In this document: positions 20,936 to 33,669 of the stretch, piece by piece
Layout: the number at the start of each line of letters is the position of its first letter
Numbering within the stretch: the stretch's first letter is position 1
Assembly (NCBI GenBank): GCA_963777505.1
Contig: CAVZQN010000003.1
Span: forward strand, 32,001 to 96,000
Length of the DNA stretch: 64,000 bases
Direction of reading: 5' to 3'
From: an uncultured bacterium
GTDB lineage: Bacteria > Acidobacteriota > HRBIN11 > JAKEFK01
Program-made: the position numbers and the translations under genes
The notes under the pieces: model-generated
What the model saw: only the letters and a program-made list of their open reading frames with translations
What the model was told of the DNA's origin: nothing
Databases searched by the model: none

Positions 20936-22644
20936 GCTTTTTGTTTTTTCTCAATCTTGGCCCATGTATCTTTCAGGGTCACAGTCCGATTGAAGACTAA
21001 ATTTGTGTCAGTGCTGTCACGATCCATACAATAGTATCCTAATCGCTCAAACTGGAATGTATCGCCAGGTTTAGCTTGCGTGATATGAGGTTCAGCTTTC
21101 ACATTCTTGATCACTTCTAACGAATTCGGATTCAGGTTCGATTTGAAATCCTGACCTTTTTCGAAGTTGTTGGGATCTGGTTTCATAAAAAGGTGATCAT
21201 AGAGTCTTGTTTCAATCGACACCGCATGATCGGCAGATACCCAATGCATTGTGGCTTTTACTTTTCTTCCATCAGGTGAATCTCCGCCTTTAGTGGCAGG
21301 ATCATATGTGCATCGAAGTTCTGTGATTTCACCTGTTTGTGGATCTTTAATGACTTCTTTGCACGTAATGAAGTAGGCGTATCTTAATCGAACTTCGCGG
21401 CCTGGTGCGAGCCGGAAAAATTGTTTAGGAGGATCTTCTCGAAAATCATCTTGCTCAATGTACAGCGTTTTCGAAAATGGAACCAAACGCGTTCCGGCGG
21501 ATGGATCTTCCGGATTGTTGATACACTCAAGCATTTCCGACTTGCCATCGGGATAATTCTCGATTACAACTTTCAACGGCTTCAGCACTGCCATTAGACG
21601 TGGGGCGCGTTTATTCAAGTCTTCACGCAAAAAATGTTCAAGCAGCGAAAATTCAACAACACTTTCTGCTTTTCCTACTCCGATCCGATCGCAAAATGTT
21701 CGCATTGCTTCAGGCGTATATCCACGTCTGCGTATTCCAGAGAGCGTCGGCATTCGCGGATCATCCCAACCATTCACGACACCGCTATTTACAAGATCGA
21801 GAAGTCTCCGTTTGCTCATCACTGTATACGTGAGATTCAATCTTGCAAATTCAATCTGACGAGGATGATGAATTCCGAGCTGATCGATACACCAGTCGTA
21901 CAACGGACGATGATCCTCAAATTCAAGTGTGCAAATCGAATGTGTAATGCCTTCAATGGAATCGCTTTGTCCGTGCGCCCAGTCGTACATAGGATAAATG
22001 CACCATTTATCTCCACTGCGTGGATGATGAGCGTGAAGTATGCGATACATGACCGGATCTCGCAGATTTAGATTTGGAGAAGCCATATCAATTTTTGCTC
22101 GCAACACGCGTGTACCGTCCGGAAATTCACCTGCCTTCATTCGTTCAAACAGGTCCAGATTTTCTTCCACACTTCTGTTTCGGTATGGGCTTTCTTTTCC
22201 AGGCTCAGTAAGCGTGCCGCGATATTCGCGAATTTGATCCGCACTTAAATCATCGACAAATGCTTTTTTATCTTTGATCAGTTTGATAGCCCATTGATAC
22301 AATTGGTCGAAATAATCCGAGGCGTAATACTCGCGATCTTCCCAATCAAATCCGAGCCAGCGCACATCACTTTTAATGGCATCGATATATTCCTGTTCCT
22401 CTTTTGTGGGGTTTGTGTCGTCAAATCGCAAATTGCATTTGCCGGAATAATCGCGCGAGATGCCGAAATTTAAACAGATCGATTTAGCATGCCCAATATG
22501 CAAATAACCATTTGGTTCGGGCGGAAAGCGTGTATGAACGTAAGTAAACTTCTTATCACCAAGATCCTGATCGATGATTTCACGAATGAAATCAGTCCTA
22601 CGTTCTTCTGCATTATCGATAGAAGGAGTTTCTGGTTCAGCCAT
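20932..22644 (-). CDS. glnS: Glutamine--tRNA ligase
   Basis: '[18 protein letters not shown]', 'MSKRRL', 'WDDPRMPT', 'FQFERLGY'. Confidence 0.97.
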   Translation of the reverse strand: MAEPETPSIDNAEERRTDFIREIIDQDLGDKKFTYVHTRFPPEPNGYLHIGHAKSICLNFGISRDYSGKCNLRFDDTNPTKEEQEYIDAIKSDVRWLGFDWEDREYYASDYFDQLYQWAIKLIKDKKAFVDDLSADQIREYRGTLTEPGKESPYRNRSVEENLDLFERMKAGEFPDGTRVLRAKIDMASPNLNLRDPVMYRILHAHHPRSGDKWCIYPMYDWAHGQSDSIEGITHSICTLEFEDHRPLYDWCIDQLGIHHPRQIEFARLNLTYTVMSKRRLLDLVNSGVVNGWDDPRMPTLSGIRRRGYTPEAMRTFCDRIGVGKAESVVEFSLLEHFLREDLNKRAPRLMAVLKPLKVVIENYPDGKSEMLECINNPEDPSAGTRLVPFSKTLYIEQDDFREDPPKQFFRLAPGREVRLRYAYFITCKEVIKDPQTGEITELRCTYDPATKGGDSPDGRKVKATMHWVSADHAVSIETRLYDHLFMKPDPNNFEKGQDFKSNLNPNSLEVIKNVKAEPHITQAKPGDTFQFERLGYYCMDRDSTDTNLVFNRTVTLKDTWAKIEKKQKA

Positions 22645-22675
22645 TTATTAGAAGCACCTCTTTGCGGGATTTGTT

Positions 22676-22684
22676 ATTTTACCA
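22676..22684 (-). promoter_or_regulatory. Extended -10 promoter candidate for glnS
   Basis: Minus strand TGGTAAAAT (TGn + TAAAAT) about 30 nt upstream of the start. Confidence 0.45.
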
Positions 22685-22857
22685 TGGCATAGAAGACGGC
22701 ACTGCCTCGCATTCGTTCGGCTGCGTGCCTTACTAAACATCCCCCGAATATACCCGTAAAAACAACCTTTGTAACTTGTCTGAGCCCGAACGTGTCTCTG
22801 TTGTTGTCCCAATTTTCAGCTCTAGGAAATACTGTCGCTCTAAACGGAGGTGCGAAC

Positions 22858-24331
22858 ATGTTTCGAACGATTAGTCTTTCCATCGCAATTTTTGTGGCAG
22901 TGGTTTTTTTCGCAATCTGCAGCAACTGAAATCAAAGATATTCCGGTTACAACATCCTCTAAGGAAGCATTAGGATTGAACGAAAAAGGTCAGTACCTGC
23001 TTGACGTTGGAAGAGCGCAGGAGGCAAAGGATCTTTTTGATCGTGCAGTGAAATTGGATCCAAAATTTTCAACCGGTCATCTCAACGTGGGATTGTCCGC
23101 CGCAACACCACCTGAATTCAAGAAAGGTCTCGATTTGGCTATGCAGACTATTCAAGGAAAGAGCGAAGGCGAAAAATTGCTTGTAGAAATCAATCAGACT
23201 TTCATAAGCAATGATGCGGATAAAAGAATTGAACTTTCCGAAAAACTTGTAAAGCTCTATCCTTCCAGTCCAAGAGCATGGGCAAACTTAGGAGCGATGC
23301 AGGGAACACTCAATCAAAATGAAGCCGCAAGACAATCGACCTCGAAAGCTCTGGAGCTGAATCCTAACTTCCTGCTCGGTCATCTTGTTCTTGGCTTTAA
23401 CTATATGTTTGGGGTCCCAAGAGATTTAAAAAAAGCTGAAGTTCACATGAAGAAGTGCGCAGAACTGGCTCCTAAAGAAGCCAAATGTTATGAGAATTTA
23501 GGCGATGTTTATCGCGGGATGAATAAGCTTGAAGATGCTAAAGTCCAATACTCAAAAGCGCTCGGGCTGGATCCAACACTGAGTGTTGTCAGCTTAAAGA
23601 AAGGTCATATCAATTCTTTTTTGGGACATTATGATGAAGCATTTGCTGATTATGACAAAGGAATTGCTGGTGCAAAAAGCTCGAATAAGATTAATTACGC
23701 AAACTACAGAGCCTTCACTCATGTTCACGCGGGTGAACCCACAGCAGCAATTCAGGAGCTATCGAAACTTGCTTCCTCAGCGGATTCTATCGGATTAACG
23801 CCTGCAGAAGTTAGCGCCGTTAAGATCTTTACACTTACAAACGAAGCGCAAATCGCGTTGCATCATAATTTGTTCGATCAATCAAAGAGCATTTTGAGCC
23901 AGCTCGAAGCAACGATGCTGGATGCCGGTAAGCAAATGCAAGATCCAAATTTCACAAGACTTCAGAAAGCAGCACTCGTTCTTCTTCAAGGACAACTCGC
24001 CGCGCAGCAAGCTGATTACGCAACTGCAAAATCAAAAGCTGAAGAAAATCGCAAATTAATGGAAAAAGATGCAAATTCCCGCAAGCTCGAAGGTTACTAT
24101 GCGCTGCTTGGATTGACTTCATTTTTGCAGAAGGACTATGCAAGCGCTGTCGAAAACTTCAAAAAGTCCGACCTTACCATTATCTATAACAAATACTATT
24201 ATGCTCGATCCCTGGATCAAGCTGGAAAAAGAGATGAAGCAAAGCGGCTCTTCAAGGAAATTGCTGAATGGAATTTCAACTCTGCCGACTTTGCATGCGT
24301 TCGCAAGGATGCCATAAAAAGAACGACCTAA
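22858..24331 (+). CDS. Secreted TPR-repeat protein (frameshift in T-run near 22905)
   Basis: GGAGG RBS, ATG 22858 gives signal-like MFRTISLSIAIFVAVVF; TPR helices throughout. Confidence 0.8.
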
Positions 24332-24333
24332 AT

Positions 24334-24377
24334 TGAGGCCCGGCCTCGCGGAAGTGGGAAGCGGAGGCCGGGCCTCA
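24334..24377. terminator. GC-rich 14-bp stem hairpin after the TPR gene
   Basis: tgaggcccggcctc ... gaggccgggcctca. Confidence 0.6.
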
Positions 24378-24448
24378 GACATCCACGGAGAGATTTCTGT
24401 GACTCTGCGGTAAGTAAACCTTTCTTAATACGCCAGGTCTAACCTCGT

Positions 24449-26008
24449 ATGAGACGAAGTATCTGGAGTTGTCTTCTTCCAATTCTTTGTCTAATTCCAA
24501 TCATTGCCTGTTCACAAGATGAGGCTGACAAGCCAAATCCTGCGGAGCGATGGCACTTTCATTTTGAAGAACTGCAAATCCAAACTTTGCAGAATTCGCT
24601 TTCCAAAAAATACAAGCCCGAAAGAGTAGCTTTTGTGAATGCGAATCTCATTACGATGCGAGATGACAAAATTCAGCCCGAGCAAACAGTAATCGTTGAA
24701 AACGGAAAGATCATTTCGATTGGGCCATCCAAAGAAATTTTAGCCCCTGAAGGCTTTTTGAAAGTTGATTGTACCGGCAAATACTTAATGCCTGGCCTTG
24801 TAGATATGCATGTTCACAATCTAGTCTCCAGCAGCCAGCATCTGTTAAATCTTGCAAATGGCGTGACAAGCGTGCGTGACATGGATGGTTTTCCATGGAT
24901 GTTAGAAATGCGAGATCAGATCAGCGCAAACAAACTGCTGGCGCCAAACATGTATGTTGCAGGCCACATTTTGAATCAACGTCCTTTGGGAATGTATGCA
25001 ACTGTTGTAACTTCGGCCGATCAAGCACGAAAAGTTGTCCGTGAGCAAAAAACGGCAGGTTACGATTTCATAAAGATCCATAACAGTATGGATCTCGAAA
25101 TCTACTCAGCGATATTAGATGAATCAAAGAAACAAAATATTGATGCAGTCGGTCACATTCCGCATTTCATCACAGTCAAACAAGCCGTTGATCACGGACA
25201 GAAAACATTCGAACACTTCAAGGGCTACATCTTGGATCGAGGTCTTGAGCTGACGAAGGAAGATTACGTTCAAGCCTCTCGCAACATTGCGTCATGGAAT
25301 TGTCCGACGTTCTATACGTATCGTGAACATTTACGCGGTGATGATGCGCGCAAACTGATTCATGAATCTGACGAAATGAAGTATGTTTCCTGGAGAGATA
25401 AAAAAGACTGGCTTGAACTCGCAAAGGAAAATCCCGATAGCCTTCAACAAAATATTCTTCCTCTGTCGATAAAAATCTTTAAGGATTTAATTCCAAGTTA
25501 CGATAAGTTTTTAGCCGGCACAGATTCGGGTGGTGGATATCCTTTTATGACCCCGGGCTTTTCTTTGCAGGAAGAGCTCAGAATCATGAACACGAATGGT
25601 CTTGGTCCATATCAAACTCTCAAGACTGCAACGGTCAATGCAGCTCAAGCCATGAGTCGGGAAAAAGAATTTGGGACGATTGAAACTGGAAAACGAGCTG
25701 ATTTATTGCTTCTGCGAGAGAATCCATTTAAAGGAATTTCAAACCTTCAGGCGATTGATGGAGTTGCAGTGCGAGGTATCTGGCTTTCCCGGAAAGATCT
25801 CGATGAAATTCTTAGTGAAATTGAACGGATTTATAATCCAGCAAAAGAAAAGCAAATCATTCAAAATCCAACACCTCAGCAGGTTGAATCATTCTTGAAA
25901 TCAATCGATCAGTTAAAGACGGAAGGATTTATATTCCGCTCCCATGATGTTGAAGAAATTGCGGATATTCGGAACACTTTTCAAGCCGTTTCCGTAAATA
26001 CTGAGTAA
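24449..26008 (+). CDS. Amidohydrolase-family metal-dependent hydrolase, probable lipoprotein
   Basis: 'IIAC' lipobox-like; 'MPGLVDMHVH','GYDFIK','AGTDSG','GKRADLLLL'. Confidence 0.88.
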   Translation: MRRSIWSCLLPILCLIPIIACSQDEADKPNPAERWHFHFEELQIQTLQNSLSKKYKPERVAFVNANLITMRDDKIQPEQTVIVENGKIISIGPSKEILAPEGFLKVDCTGKYLMPGLVDMHVHNLVSSSQHLLNLANGVTSVRDMDGFPWMLEMRDQISANKLLAPNMYVAGHILNQRPLGMYATVVTSADQARKVVREQKTAGYDFIKIHNSMDLEIYSAILDESKKQNIDAVGHIPHFITVKQAVDHGQKTFEHFKGYILDRGLELTKEDYVQASRNIASWNCPTFYTYREHLRGDDARKLIHESDEMKYVSWRDKKDWLELAKENPDSLQQNILPLSIKIFKDLIPSYDKFLAGTDSGGGYPFMTPGFSLQEELRIMNTNGLGPYQTLKTATVNAAQAMSREKEFGTIETGKRADLLLLRENPFKGISNLQAIDGVAVRGIWLSRKDLDEILSEIERIYNPAKEKQIIQNPTPQQVESFLKSIDQLKTEGFIFRSHDVEEIADIRNTFQAVSVNTE

Positions 26009-26015
26009 CTAAACG

Positions 26016-26091
26016 TAAGGACCGCGGACCTCTGGTCGCAATGCAGGGAAGACGCCTGCGGTCCCTTATGCAGACGGGACGTCTGGTCCCC
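26016..26091. repeat. REP-like GGACCGC/GCGGTCC inverted repeat cluster
   Basis: taaggaccgc...gcctgcggtccctta; related copies at 61592-61644 and 55322-55347. Confidence 0.55.
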
Positions 26092-26109
26092 TGAAGTAGG
26101 AGCATCGTA

Positions 26110-28540
26110 ATGAGCGCATTCAGTCAGGATCTTCACTACGGATTTCGGATCTTCACACGTAATCCTGGATTTACCATTATCGTCTTAATTTCTCTGGCGT
26201 TAGGAATTGGAGCCAATAGTGCCATTTTCAGTCTTGTAAATGCAGTTTTAATGCGACCTCTCCCATTCCATGACCCTGAAAAAATTGTAATGGTCTGGGA
26301 AGATGCTTCCTGGGTCGGTTTTCCGGAAAATACGCCTGCACCGGCAAACTATGCGGATTGGAAAAATCAAAATCATGTTTTTTCGCAAATGGCGGCTTTA
26401 AGACCTGACAGTTTCAATCTAACTGGCAGCGGAGAACCACAAAAGCTGATGGCTTATGAAGCGACTGCTAGCTTTTTTCCGCTCCTTGGCATCAAGCCAG
26501 TACACGGACGCGTCTTTACAGAAAAGCGAAGATACTCCCGAAGCAAATAAAGTTGTTGTTTTAAGTCATGGATTTTGGAAATCACGTTTTGCCGGAAACA
26601 AGAGCATCCTCGGACAAGACATCATTCTAAATAACGTTAAACATACGGTAATTGGTATTCTGCCTTCTAATTTTCAATTCTTCGATCCTGAAGTAAGTGT
26701 CTGGACACCAGTTGCATTTACTCCCCAACAGCTGCAGGAGCGGAATAGTCACAATCTTGAAGTAGTTGCACGTATCAAAGATGGAGTTTCATTTGAGAAG
26801 GCCCAGGCTGAAATCAAGACGATTCAGAAAAATATCGGTATTGAATATCCTGATGAAACCGGTGAAGGAAAACTCGGAGCTTATATTATACCGTTGCGAG
26901 ACCAGCTAGTCGGCGATGTAAAACGTCCCTTGGTTCTGCTTCTTGTTGCGGTGGCTCTTGTACTTCTCATTGCGTGTGCAAATATTGCGAATCTTCTGTT
27001 GTCCGTGGCCGCATCTAGAAAAAAAGAAATTGCATTGCGTGCAGCCCTGGGTGCTAATCGATTCCGATTACTACGGCAGATGATCACCGAGAGTCTTGTG
27101 TTAGCCGCAATAGGCGGGATTTTAGGATTATTATTCGCCTTCTTATCATTCTCATTTTTGAAGCAGTTAATTCCCTCAGCGTTATCGATATCTACAAGTT
27201 TGTCCATCGATTTCAAAGTTCTTTTATATACGCTTGGCATTTCTTTGATAACAGGTTTGATTTTTGGAATGGCCCCATCGCTTCAAGCCACTAAACCTGA
27301 TCTGAATGAGACTTTAAAATCAGGAGGCGTTCGTGCGGGTTCAACATTCGCAGCGACTCGATTGCGAAGCATTATGGTCGTTGCTGAAACTTCACTTGCA
27401 TTGATACTACTTGTTGGAGCAGGTCTTTTAATTCAGACGATTCAAAGACTGCAAACTGTCGATGTGGGGTTTCAGCCTCAAAATGTGATCCGTTTCCGTA
27501 CGGTTCTTCCTGTTTCCAAATACGATGCGCATGAAAAACGTGTTGCTTTTTACAATGAGGTTTTAAGCCGCGTGAAGTCTGTTCCGAGAGTTCAATCAGC
27601 GGGATATACAACTTCAGTTCCGCTCGATTGGAAGGGAGGCACCAGTGGTTATGAGTGGGAAGGAAAACCTCTGAAACGAGGTGAAATTCTGGATGCAGCT
27701 CATAGGCAGGTAACTTCACAATATTTACAAACATTAGGGATTCAGGTTTCGGAAGGCCGTTACTTCGATGGAAGTGAAACGACGGATTCAATGGATGTTG
27801 CAATCATCAATGAAGCAATGGCACGATCCTATTCATCGACAGAAAGTCCTCTTGGAAAAAGATTCCGTCTCGGCCCGCGTTCACCCTGGTTTACTGTCAT
27901 CGGTATAGCGCGCAACATCCGCAATATGGGATTGGAAAAGGAAACAAAAGCTGAAATGTACTTTCCTGAGGCGCAATCCGACTTTGGTTTTGTATACTAC
28001 GCACCGCAGGATCTGGCCATTCGTACAACATCCAATCCAATCAATATTGTGAATGATGTCAGACAAATTATCCGATCCATCGATCCGGATCTGCCCGTTT
28101 CAAATGTGATGACTATGAATGAGCTGCTGAGAACCGAATTTGCGCATAAACGCTTCACAATGTTTTTATTGGCGGCCTTTGCAGGTCTGGCACTGTTGCT
28201 GGCATGTCTGGGTATCTATGGGGTTCTTTCGTACTTTGTGAATCAACAAATTCCTGAAATTGCAGTTCGCCTTGCCCTAGGAGCGAATCCGTCATCAATT
28301 TTGTATCTGGTTCTAAAGAGGGGAATGGGCCTTGCATTAATCGGGATTGGAATTGGTGCATTGGTTGCTGTCGGCTCGGCAAAAGTGATTCAAGGCATAT
28401 TATTTGGAGTAAGCGCAAGGGATCCACAAACATTCCTTGGTGTAACGATCATACTGTTTTTTACAGCTCTTCTCGCCAGTTTATTGCCTGCTCTGCGCGC
28501 GATGAAAATCAATCCAGTTACCGCACTTCGTTACGAATAA
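26110..28540 (+). CDS. ADOP-type (acidobacterial duplicated orphan) MacB/FtsX-like ABC permease (frameshift near 26525)
   Basis: 'QDLHYGFRIF.RNPGFT..LALGIGANSAIFS','LLIACANIANLLL','EIALRAALGA','P.TALRYE'. Confidence 0.92.
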
Positions 28541-28612
28541 ATATTTGCAGCAGAGATACAAAGGATTGCCCTGACCTAAAATCTTCCTAGATTTCATTGG
28601 GAGATTCTTTTA

Positions 28613-30403
28613 TTGAAACAAAATGACAGAAGAGTATCGAAAGCCGCAGTCTTTTTGACGAGCCGTCATCTTCGTAGCAGCACTTTATTTTGCAAAAGAA
28701 GTATTCATTCCACTTGCTCTTTCTATTTTGTTGACCTTTCTCTTGACGCCGGTTGTGCTACGGTTGCAAGGTTGGGGCGTTCAAAAAGTTCTTGCTGTAG
28801 TATTCACAATTTTTATTGCTCTTTCGACAACCATCTGCCTGACCGTGATCACAGCTTCGCAGTTGTATAGTTTTGCGAGGGATACTTTCACAATATAAAG
28901 GCAATTTGCGACAGAAAATTCAATCGATTCGAGGTCCCGGCAGGTCTAGGACTGGAAAAGACAACTGAAACTGTCAAAGAACTCGGTGAGGAACTTTCAG
29001 GTGATCAATCGAGCACCGCACCGACGGCTACTAAGGTTGAAATAGTTGAACCATCCACCCAATGCAATTCAGCTTCTTCGCGGCGCAGTTGGCCCACTAG
29101 CCAGACCGTTTGGAACAGCTGCAGTCGTTATCGTTTTTGTAATTTTTATGCTTTTACACCGTGAAGATATGCGCGATCGCGTGATCCGATTGATTGGTGT
29201 ACGAAGGTTAAATGTCACCGTTCAAGCTTTTGATGATGCAGCTTACAGGGTCAGCCGTTACTTATTTATGCAGTTCTTAATAAATGCCATTCAAGGAACG
29301 GTCGTTGCAATCGGACTTACCTTAATAGGAGTTCCAAATGGAATCCTCTGGGGTATTTTGACAATCGCTTTGCGATTCATTCCATACCTCGGGCCTCTTG
29401 TAGCAGCAGGAATGCCAATCCTAGTTTCGCTGGCAGCATTTAACAATTGGACAGGCCCGCTGATGACTATCGTTCTTGTGTCTTCTCTGGAAATTATTAG
29501 CAACAATGTTTTGGAACCATGGCTTTATGGAAGCCGAACAGGTCTTTCACCGGTTGCCCTGATTGTTGCCGCTGTATTCTGGACCTGGCTTTGGGGTGGA
29601 GTTGGTTTGTTGTTATCGACACCTTTGACCGTTTGTCTGGTTGTAATGGGAAAATATATTCCGCAATTGGCATTTCTAGGTATTTTGCTGAGCGATGAAG
29701 CTGTTCTGAGTCCAAAAATGAGACTTTATCAGCGATTACTTGCTTCGGATTTGCAGGAAGCAGAAACAGTCATCAAAGAAGTTGCAAAGAACTTATTCAT
29801 CCGTTGAACTGCTGGATCGTATGCTTATGCCAGTAATCGTGATGACAGAACAGGATTTTAATCGAGGTTTCTTTGACGAAAACCGCAGGGATGAAATCCT
29901 AAAAGACATTGATGAGCTTGCGCAAAAAGCTGCTGAGATTTTTAAAGAGGATTTTCCTCAGACCGACGATGCCCTGGTTCTATGTATTCCAGCGCGTGGC
30001 AAAGGGGATGAACTTGCAGCCACGTTATTCATTCGACTTTTGCGGACCTATGGCATCTACTGCTAATTTTGTTCCTGTTGCAAGACTCGCTGGCGAAAGT
30101 CTACAGATCTTGAAAGAAAAACAACCAGAAGCCGTATGTTTATCTATAATTCCTCCTTATTCGGTACTGCATGCAAAATATTTTTGCAAGAGAATTCGAA
30201 ACCAATTTCCAAAGCTTCCTGTCCTTGCAGTGGTTTGGAAAGGGGGCAAAAATTATTCTCAACTACGTGCACGCTTGGAAACAAGTGGTGCAAATAGAAT
30301 TGCTAGAAGCGCTGCAGAAGCCATTGAACAAATTCGATACTTCTTCCCGAATATCCCGTTAAGTCCTCCACTTTCTTCACGGCACAGCATGCAGCATTCC
30401 TGA
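28613..30403 (+). CDS. AI-2E family transporter with C-terminal cytoplasmic extension (several frameshifts)
   Basis: 'AALYFAKEVFIPLALSILLTFLL' in shifted frame, 'RFIPYLG','EPWLYGSRTGLSP','WTWLWG..GLLLSTPLT'. Confidence 0.82.
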
Positions 30404-30560
30404 TGAAAATTTCAGATAGTGATGCGAATCATTTACATGCCTGAATCTCGGCTTCCGAATCGACATCCTCCGCAAAGGTTAGCAACTCCGTGACTCCGTG
30501 GTGAATCAATAGTGGCAGAAACCTTCACTCGAGCATAGTTTGCATTACGGTGGAGGCTAA

Positions 30561-31454
30561 ATGAAGTTTTGGGACCAGTTCTACTATTACGTCAATTATC
30601 CCCTCCTGAAGGTTGGTGAGACCCAGATCACTCTCTGGATCATCGTTTATTTGGTTCTGTTTCTCTTCTTGCTTTTTACAATAACGTCGCGCTTGAAACG
30701 ATGGGTCGTTGATCGGTTATTTGTAAAAAGTCCTGTCGATTATGGAGTCCGGCAAGCGATTGGAACTATTGCATCGTACATTGTGATAGCAATAGGGACT
30801 CTTATCATTCTGGATACAGCCGGAATCAACCTGAGTGCTTTAAACTTTCTTGCCGGTGCTCTCGGAATTGGAATAGGCTTTGGACTTCAAAACATTACTA
30901 CCAATTTCATCAGTGGGCTGATTCTTTTGCTTGAGAGGCCAATCAAGATTGGCGATCGCGTCGAAGTCGAAGGAACCCAGGGTGATGTAGTGAATATTTC
31001 GCTGAGAGCTACAACCGTTGTTACAAATGACAATGTTGCCGTTATTGTTCCAAATTCGGAATTCATTTCGAAGAAGGTTGTGAACTGGAGTTATCGAACA
31101 CCGGATGTCCGAATCAATATTCCTGTAAGCGCGGCGTATGGCGTTGATCCATCTATTGTGCGCGAAATTCTTCTAGAAATTGCAAAAAATAATTCAGGTG
31201 TTTTGCAAGAACTCACTTCTGACGTGCTGTTGGATCAATTTGGAGAAAGCTCTCTAAATTTCATTTTGCGAGTTTGGACGCGTACTTATACCCACAAACC
31301 GGGCGTACTCAGAAGTGAGATTAACTACGAAATCGTACGAAAGTTCGAAGAACGTGGAATCGCGATCCCTTTTCCTCAACGCGATGTTTTCGTTCGCGGT
31401 GGGAAAATTCAAGTTGAAAAAATGGATGATGATACAAAACAAAATTCGAATTAG
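30561..31454 (+). CDS. Small-conductance mechanosensitive channel (MscS family)
   Basis: 'GALGIGIGFGLQ..NFISG','IGDRVEV','VPNS','IPFPQRDV'. Confidence 0.93.
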   Translation: MKFWDQFYYYVNYPLLKVGETQITLWIIVYLVLFLFLLFTITSRLKRWVVDRLFVKSPVDYGVRQAIGTIASYIVIAIGTLIILDTAGINLSALNFLAGALGIGIGFGLQNITTNFISGLILLLERPIKIGDRVEVEGTQGDVVNISLRATTVVTNDNVAVIVPNSEFISKKVVNWSYRTPDVRINIPVSAAYGVDPSIVREILLEIAKNNSGVLQELTSDVLLDQFGESSLNFILRVWTRTYTHKPGVLRSEINYEIVRKFEERGIAIPFPQRDVFVRGGKIQVEKMDDDTKQNSN

Positions 31455-31476
31455 ATCTTTGCGGTAAATCGGGTGC

Positions 31477-33669
31477 CTATTTATTGATGCTGATGTTGAT
31501 TTTTCCTGTTTTACGAAGGATCGTAACTCCAACATCATCCTTGTAATTTTCCAAAAGTAAATCGATTTTTGCTTGTCCTACCTGAATATCACAGAGTTTT
31601 ATTTCATGAAGAAACTCAGGCAACTGAGGGCGATTGAAAGTGATTTTTGAAGGTTCAGCTTGAATGGACATGCCAAGACAAGCCTGAAACATCATAAATA
31701 TGGAAGCAGCTGACCAGGATTGGGGGGCGCACGCAACCGGATACTCGACTGGGGCTTCGCCTGTTCTGCGCACAAAACCACAGAACAATTCAGGAATGCG
31801 ATAGAGATCCAAAAACAAGCTCGTATCATAAAGTCCATTCAATAAACGTACCGCTTCTTCTTTAAAACCGTACCCACTCAAACCAAATGCAATCAGAGCA
31901 TTATCATGCGGCCAAACCGAACCATTGTGATAAGACATTGGATTGAAGCGAGGTTCTTTCATTCCCAGAGTTCGAATTCCGAATCCAGAAAACATTTCTT
32001 CACTCATTAATTGATCTGCTAATTTTGTTGCGTGTTTTCTGGAAGCAATTCCTGCAAATAGTGCATGACCTGCATTCGATGTTCGGACACGGCAAGGCTT
32101 TTTTTCACCATCAAGAGCAATCGCATAGGTTCCTAAGTCCTCCAACCAAAAAGCCTCTTGAAATTTGTCCCGTAATACTTCGGCATCCGAAAACCACTCA
32201 GCCGCTCTTTTTTCATATCCGAGTTTTTCGGCCAGCTGTGCTGCGGCGCGTTTTGCTGCATAAACGTAAGCTTGTACTTCGCATAATGCGATTGGACCTT
32301 GTGCAAGCGTTCCATCATCATGAAAGATTGAATCATGAGAATCCTTCCAGCCCTGGTTCACAAGACCTGTAGGAGAGAGGCGATAATATTCAACAAAGCC
32401 GTCGTCATCTGGATCACCATACTGATCAATCCAGTTCATGGCTAGCAAAACATTAGGCCAAATACTTTGAAGAAATGTCAGATCTGAAGTCCGCTCTAAA
32501 TAATTTCCAGCAAGCATAATAAACAAAGGTGTTGCATCTACACTTCCGTAATACGATCCGAATGGAATTTCCTTGAGTGCTGCCATTTCACCGTTTCGTC
32601 GTTCATGCAAAATTTTCCCCGGTTGTGCATCTTGAAATTCATTGAATTCACGGGCTTGCGTTTTTGCAAGGTACGTAAGTACTCCTTTTGCTAACGCAGG
32701 ATAGATCCATAAACACTCCATTGCCGTAATAATCCCATCTCTGCCGAAAGGCGCACTGTACCAGGGTACTCCCGCAAATGGATAGGAGCCTTCCGGACTC
32801 TCAGTGATCATCATTCCAATATCAGAAATGCAACGGCGGATCAGGATATTACTTTGTGGATTAGAGGTGCTGACGTCACAAATCCTTGTCTTCCAGTGAT
32901 CTGACGTTTTTTGCAACTCATTCCAGCCGCTATTCCAATCTAACGGTTCAATTTCAGCATCACCATTTGAGCAAGCGATCGAGATGTAATAATCAGCTTG
33001 TTCCATAGGTTTCAAAACCTTCTCGAACACTGCACCGGATTCATTCATTTCGTTTGGAGATGGTGAAAAATGAAAGTGAGTTCGACGGACGATTTTATCT
33101 AAACCCTTATACGATAAAGTAATCCGTTCCTTTTCTATTCTTGGCTCGAGATATTTGCCCCGCTTTTGCCGCTTGACTCCACGAACTTCAAAAATATCTG
33201 CGAAATCAGCTTCCCATTGAAATGCAAAACTTAACGCAATTGGGATAAGGCCATAATTCCGAAGCCGTAAATGCTGATACCAGCAGCCATTGAGCAGAAA
33301 ATGGGATCGAAAAAAATGAAGTGATCCGCGCGCAATTTCGATTCGGTTGTTGATAGAAGTATCATTGTTCGTTAAATCTACGGTAAGGAGAGCATTGTCA
33401 TCCTTGGTGGCCGAACTAAGAAGCAAAGGCCTTTCACCGTTGATTGTTAATACAAAACGCGATACATATCTTGTTCCTTCATAATAAAGGCCTTGTTCTC
33501 CAGAACCCACAGCATTGATATCGCCATATCGATCTAATACTGTAAAAGCTTCATTGTGTTTCAGGACACGCGTGCGTTGATCAACTAATGAAGAAGTCGC
33601 AAGTATGTAAAACTGATCTTCGACTTGAATAATTAAGTTTGAGGAAAGCTTCTTATCTTGAACTGGCAT
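31477..33669 (-). CDS. Amylo-alpha-1,6-glucosidase / glycogen-debranching-like glycoside hydrolase
   Basis: 'AGVPWY..FGRD','PGKILHE','YYGSVDAT','NQGWKDS','YHNGSVWPHDN'. Confidence 0.92.
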   Translation of the reverse strand: MPVQDKKLSSNLIIQVEDQFYILATSSLVDQRTRVLKHNEAFTVLDRYGDINAVGSGEQGLYYEGTRYVSRFVLTINGERPLLLSSATKDDNALLTVDLTNNDTSINNRIEIARGSLHFFRSHFLLNGCWYQHLRLRNYGLIPIALSFAFQWEADFADIFEVRGVKRQKRGKYLEPRIEKERITLSYKGLDKIVRRTHFHFSPSPNEMNESGAVFEKVLKPMEQADYYISIACSNGDAEIEPLDWNSGWNELQKTSDHWKTRICDVSTSNPQSNILIRRCISDIGMMITESPEGSYPFAGVPWYSAPFGRDGIITAMECLWIYPALAKGVLTYLAKTQAREFNEFQDAQPGKILHERRNGEMAALKEIPFGSYYGSVDATPLFIMLAGNYLERTSDLTFLQSIWPNVLLAMNWIDQYGDPDDDGFVEYYRLSPTGLVNQGWKDSHDSIFHDDGTLAQGPIALCEVQAYVYAAKRAAAQLAEKLGYEKRAAEWFSDAEVLRDKFQEAFWLEDLGTYAIALDGEKKPCRVRTSNAGHALFAGIASRKHATKLADQLMSEEMFSGFGIRTLGMKEPRFNPMSYHNGSVWPHDNALIAFGLSGYGFKEEAVRLLNGLYDTSLFLDLYRIPELFCGFVRRTGEAPVEYPVACAPQSWSAASIFMMFQACLGMSIQAEPSKITFNRPQLPEFLHEIKLCDIQVGQAKIDLLLENYKDDVGVTILRKTGKINISINK

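Noticed and set aside
22690-22800. T-box or riboswitch upstream of glnS; ECF-type TGTAAC promoter for the TPR gene
   Set aside because: No T-box motif, and the glnS leader is only about 25 nt from the extended -10. The hairpin is more likely a REP-like remnant and the ECF match is weak.
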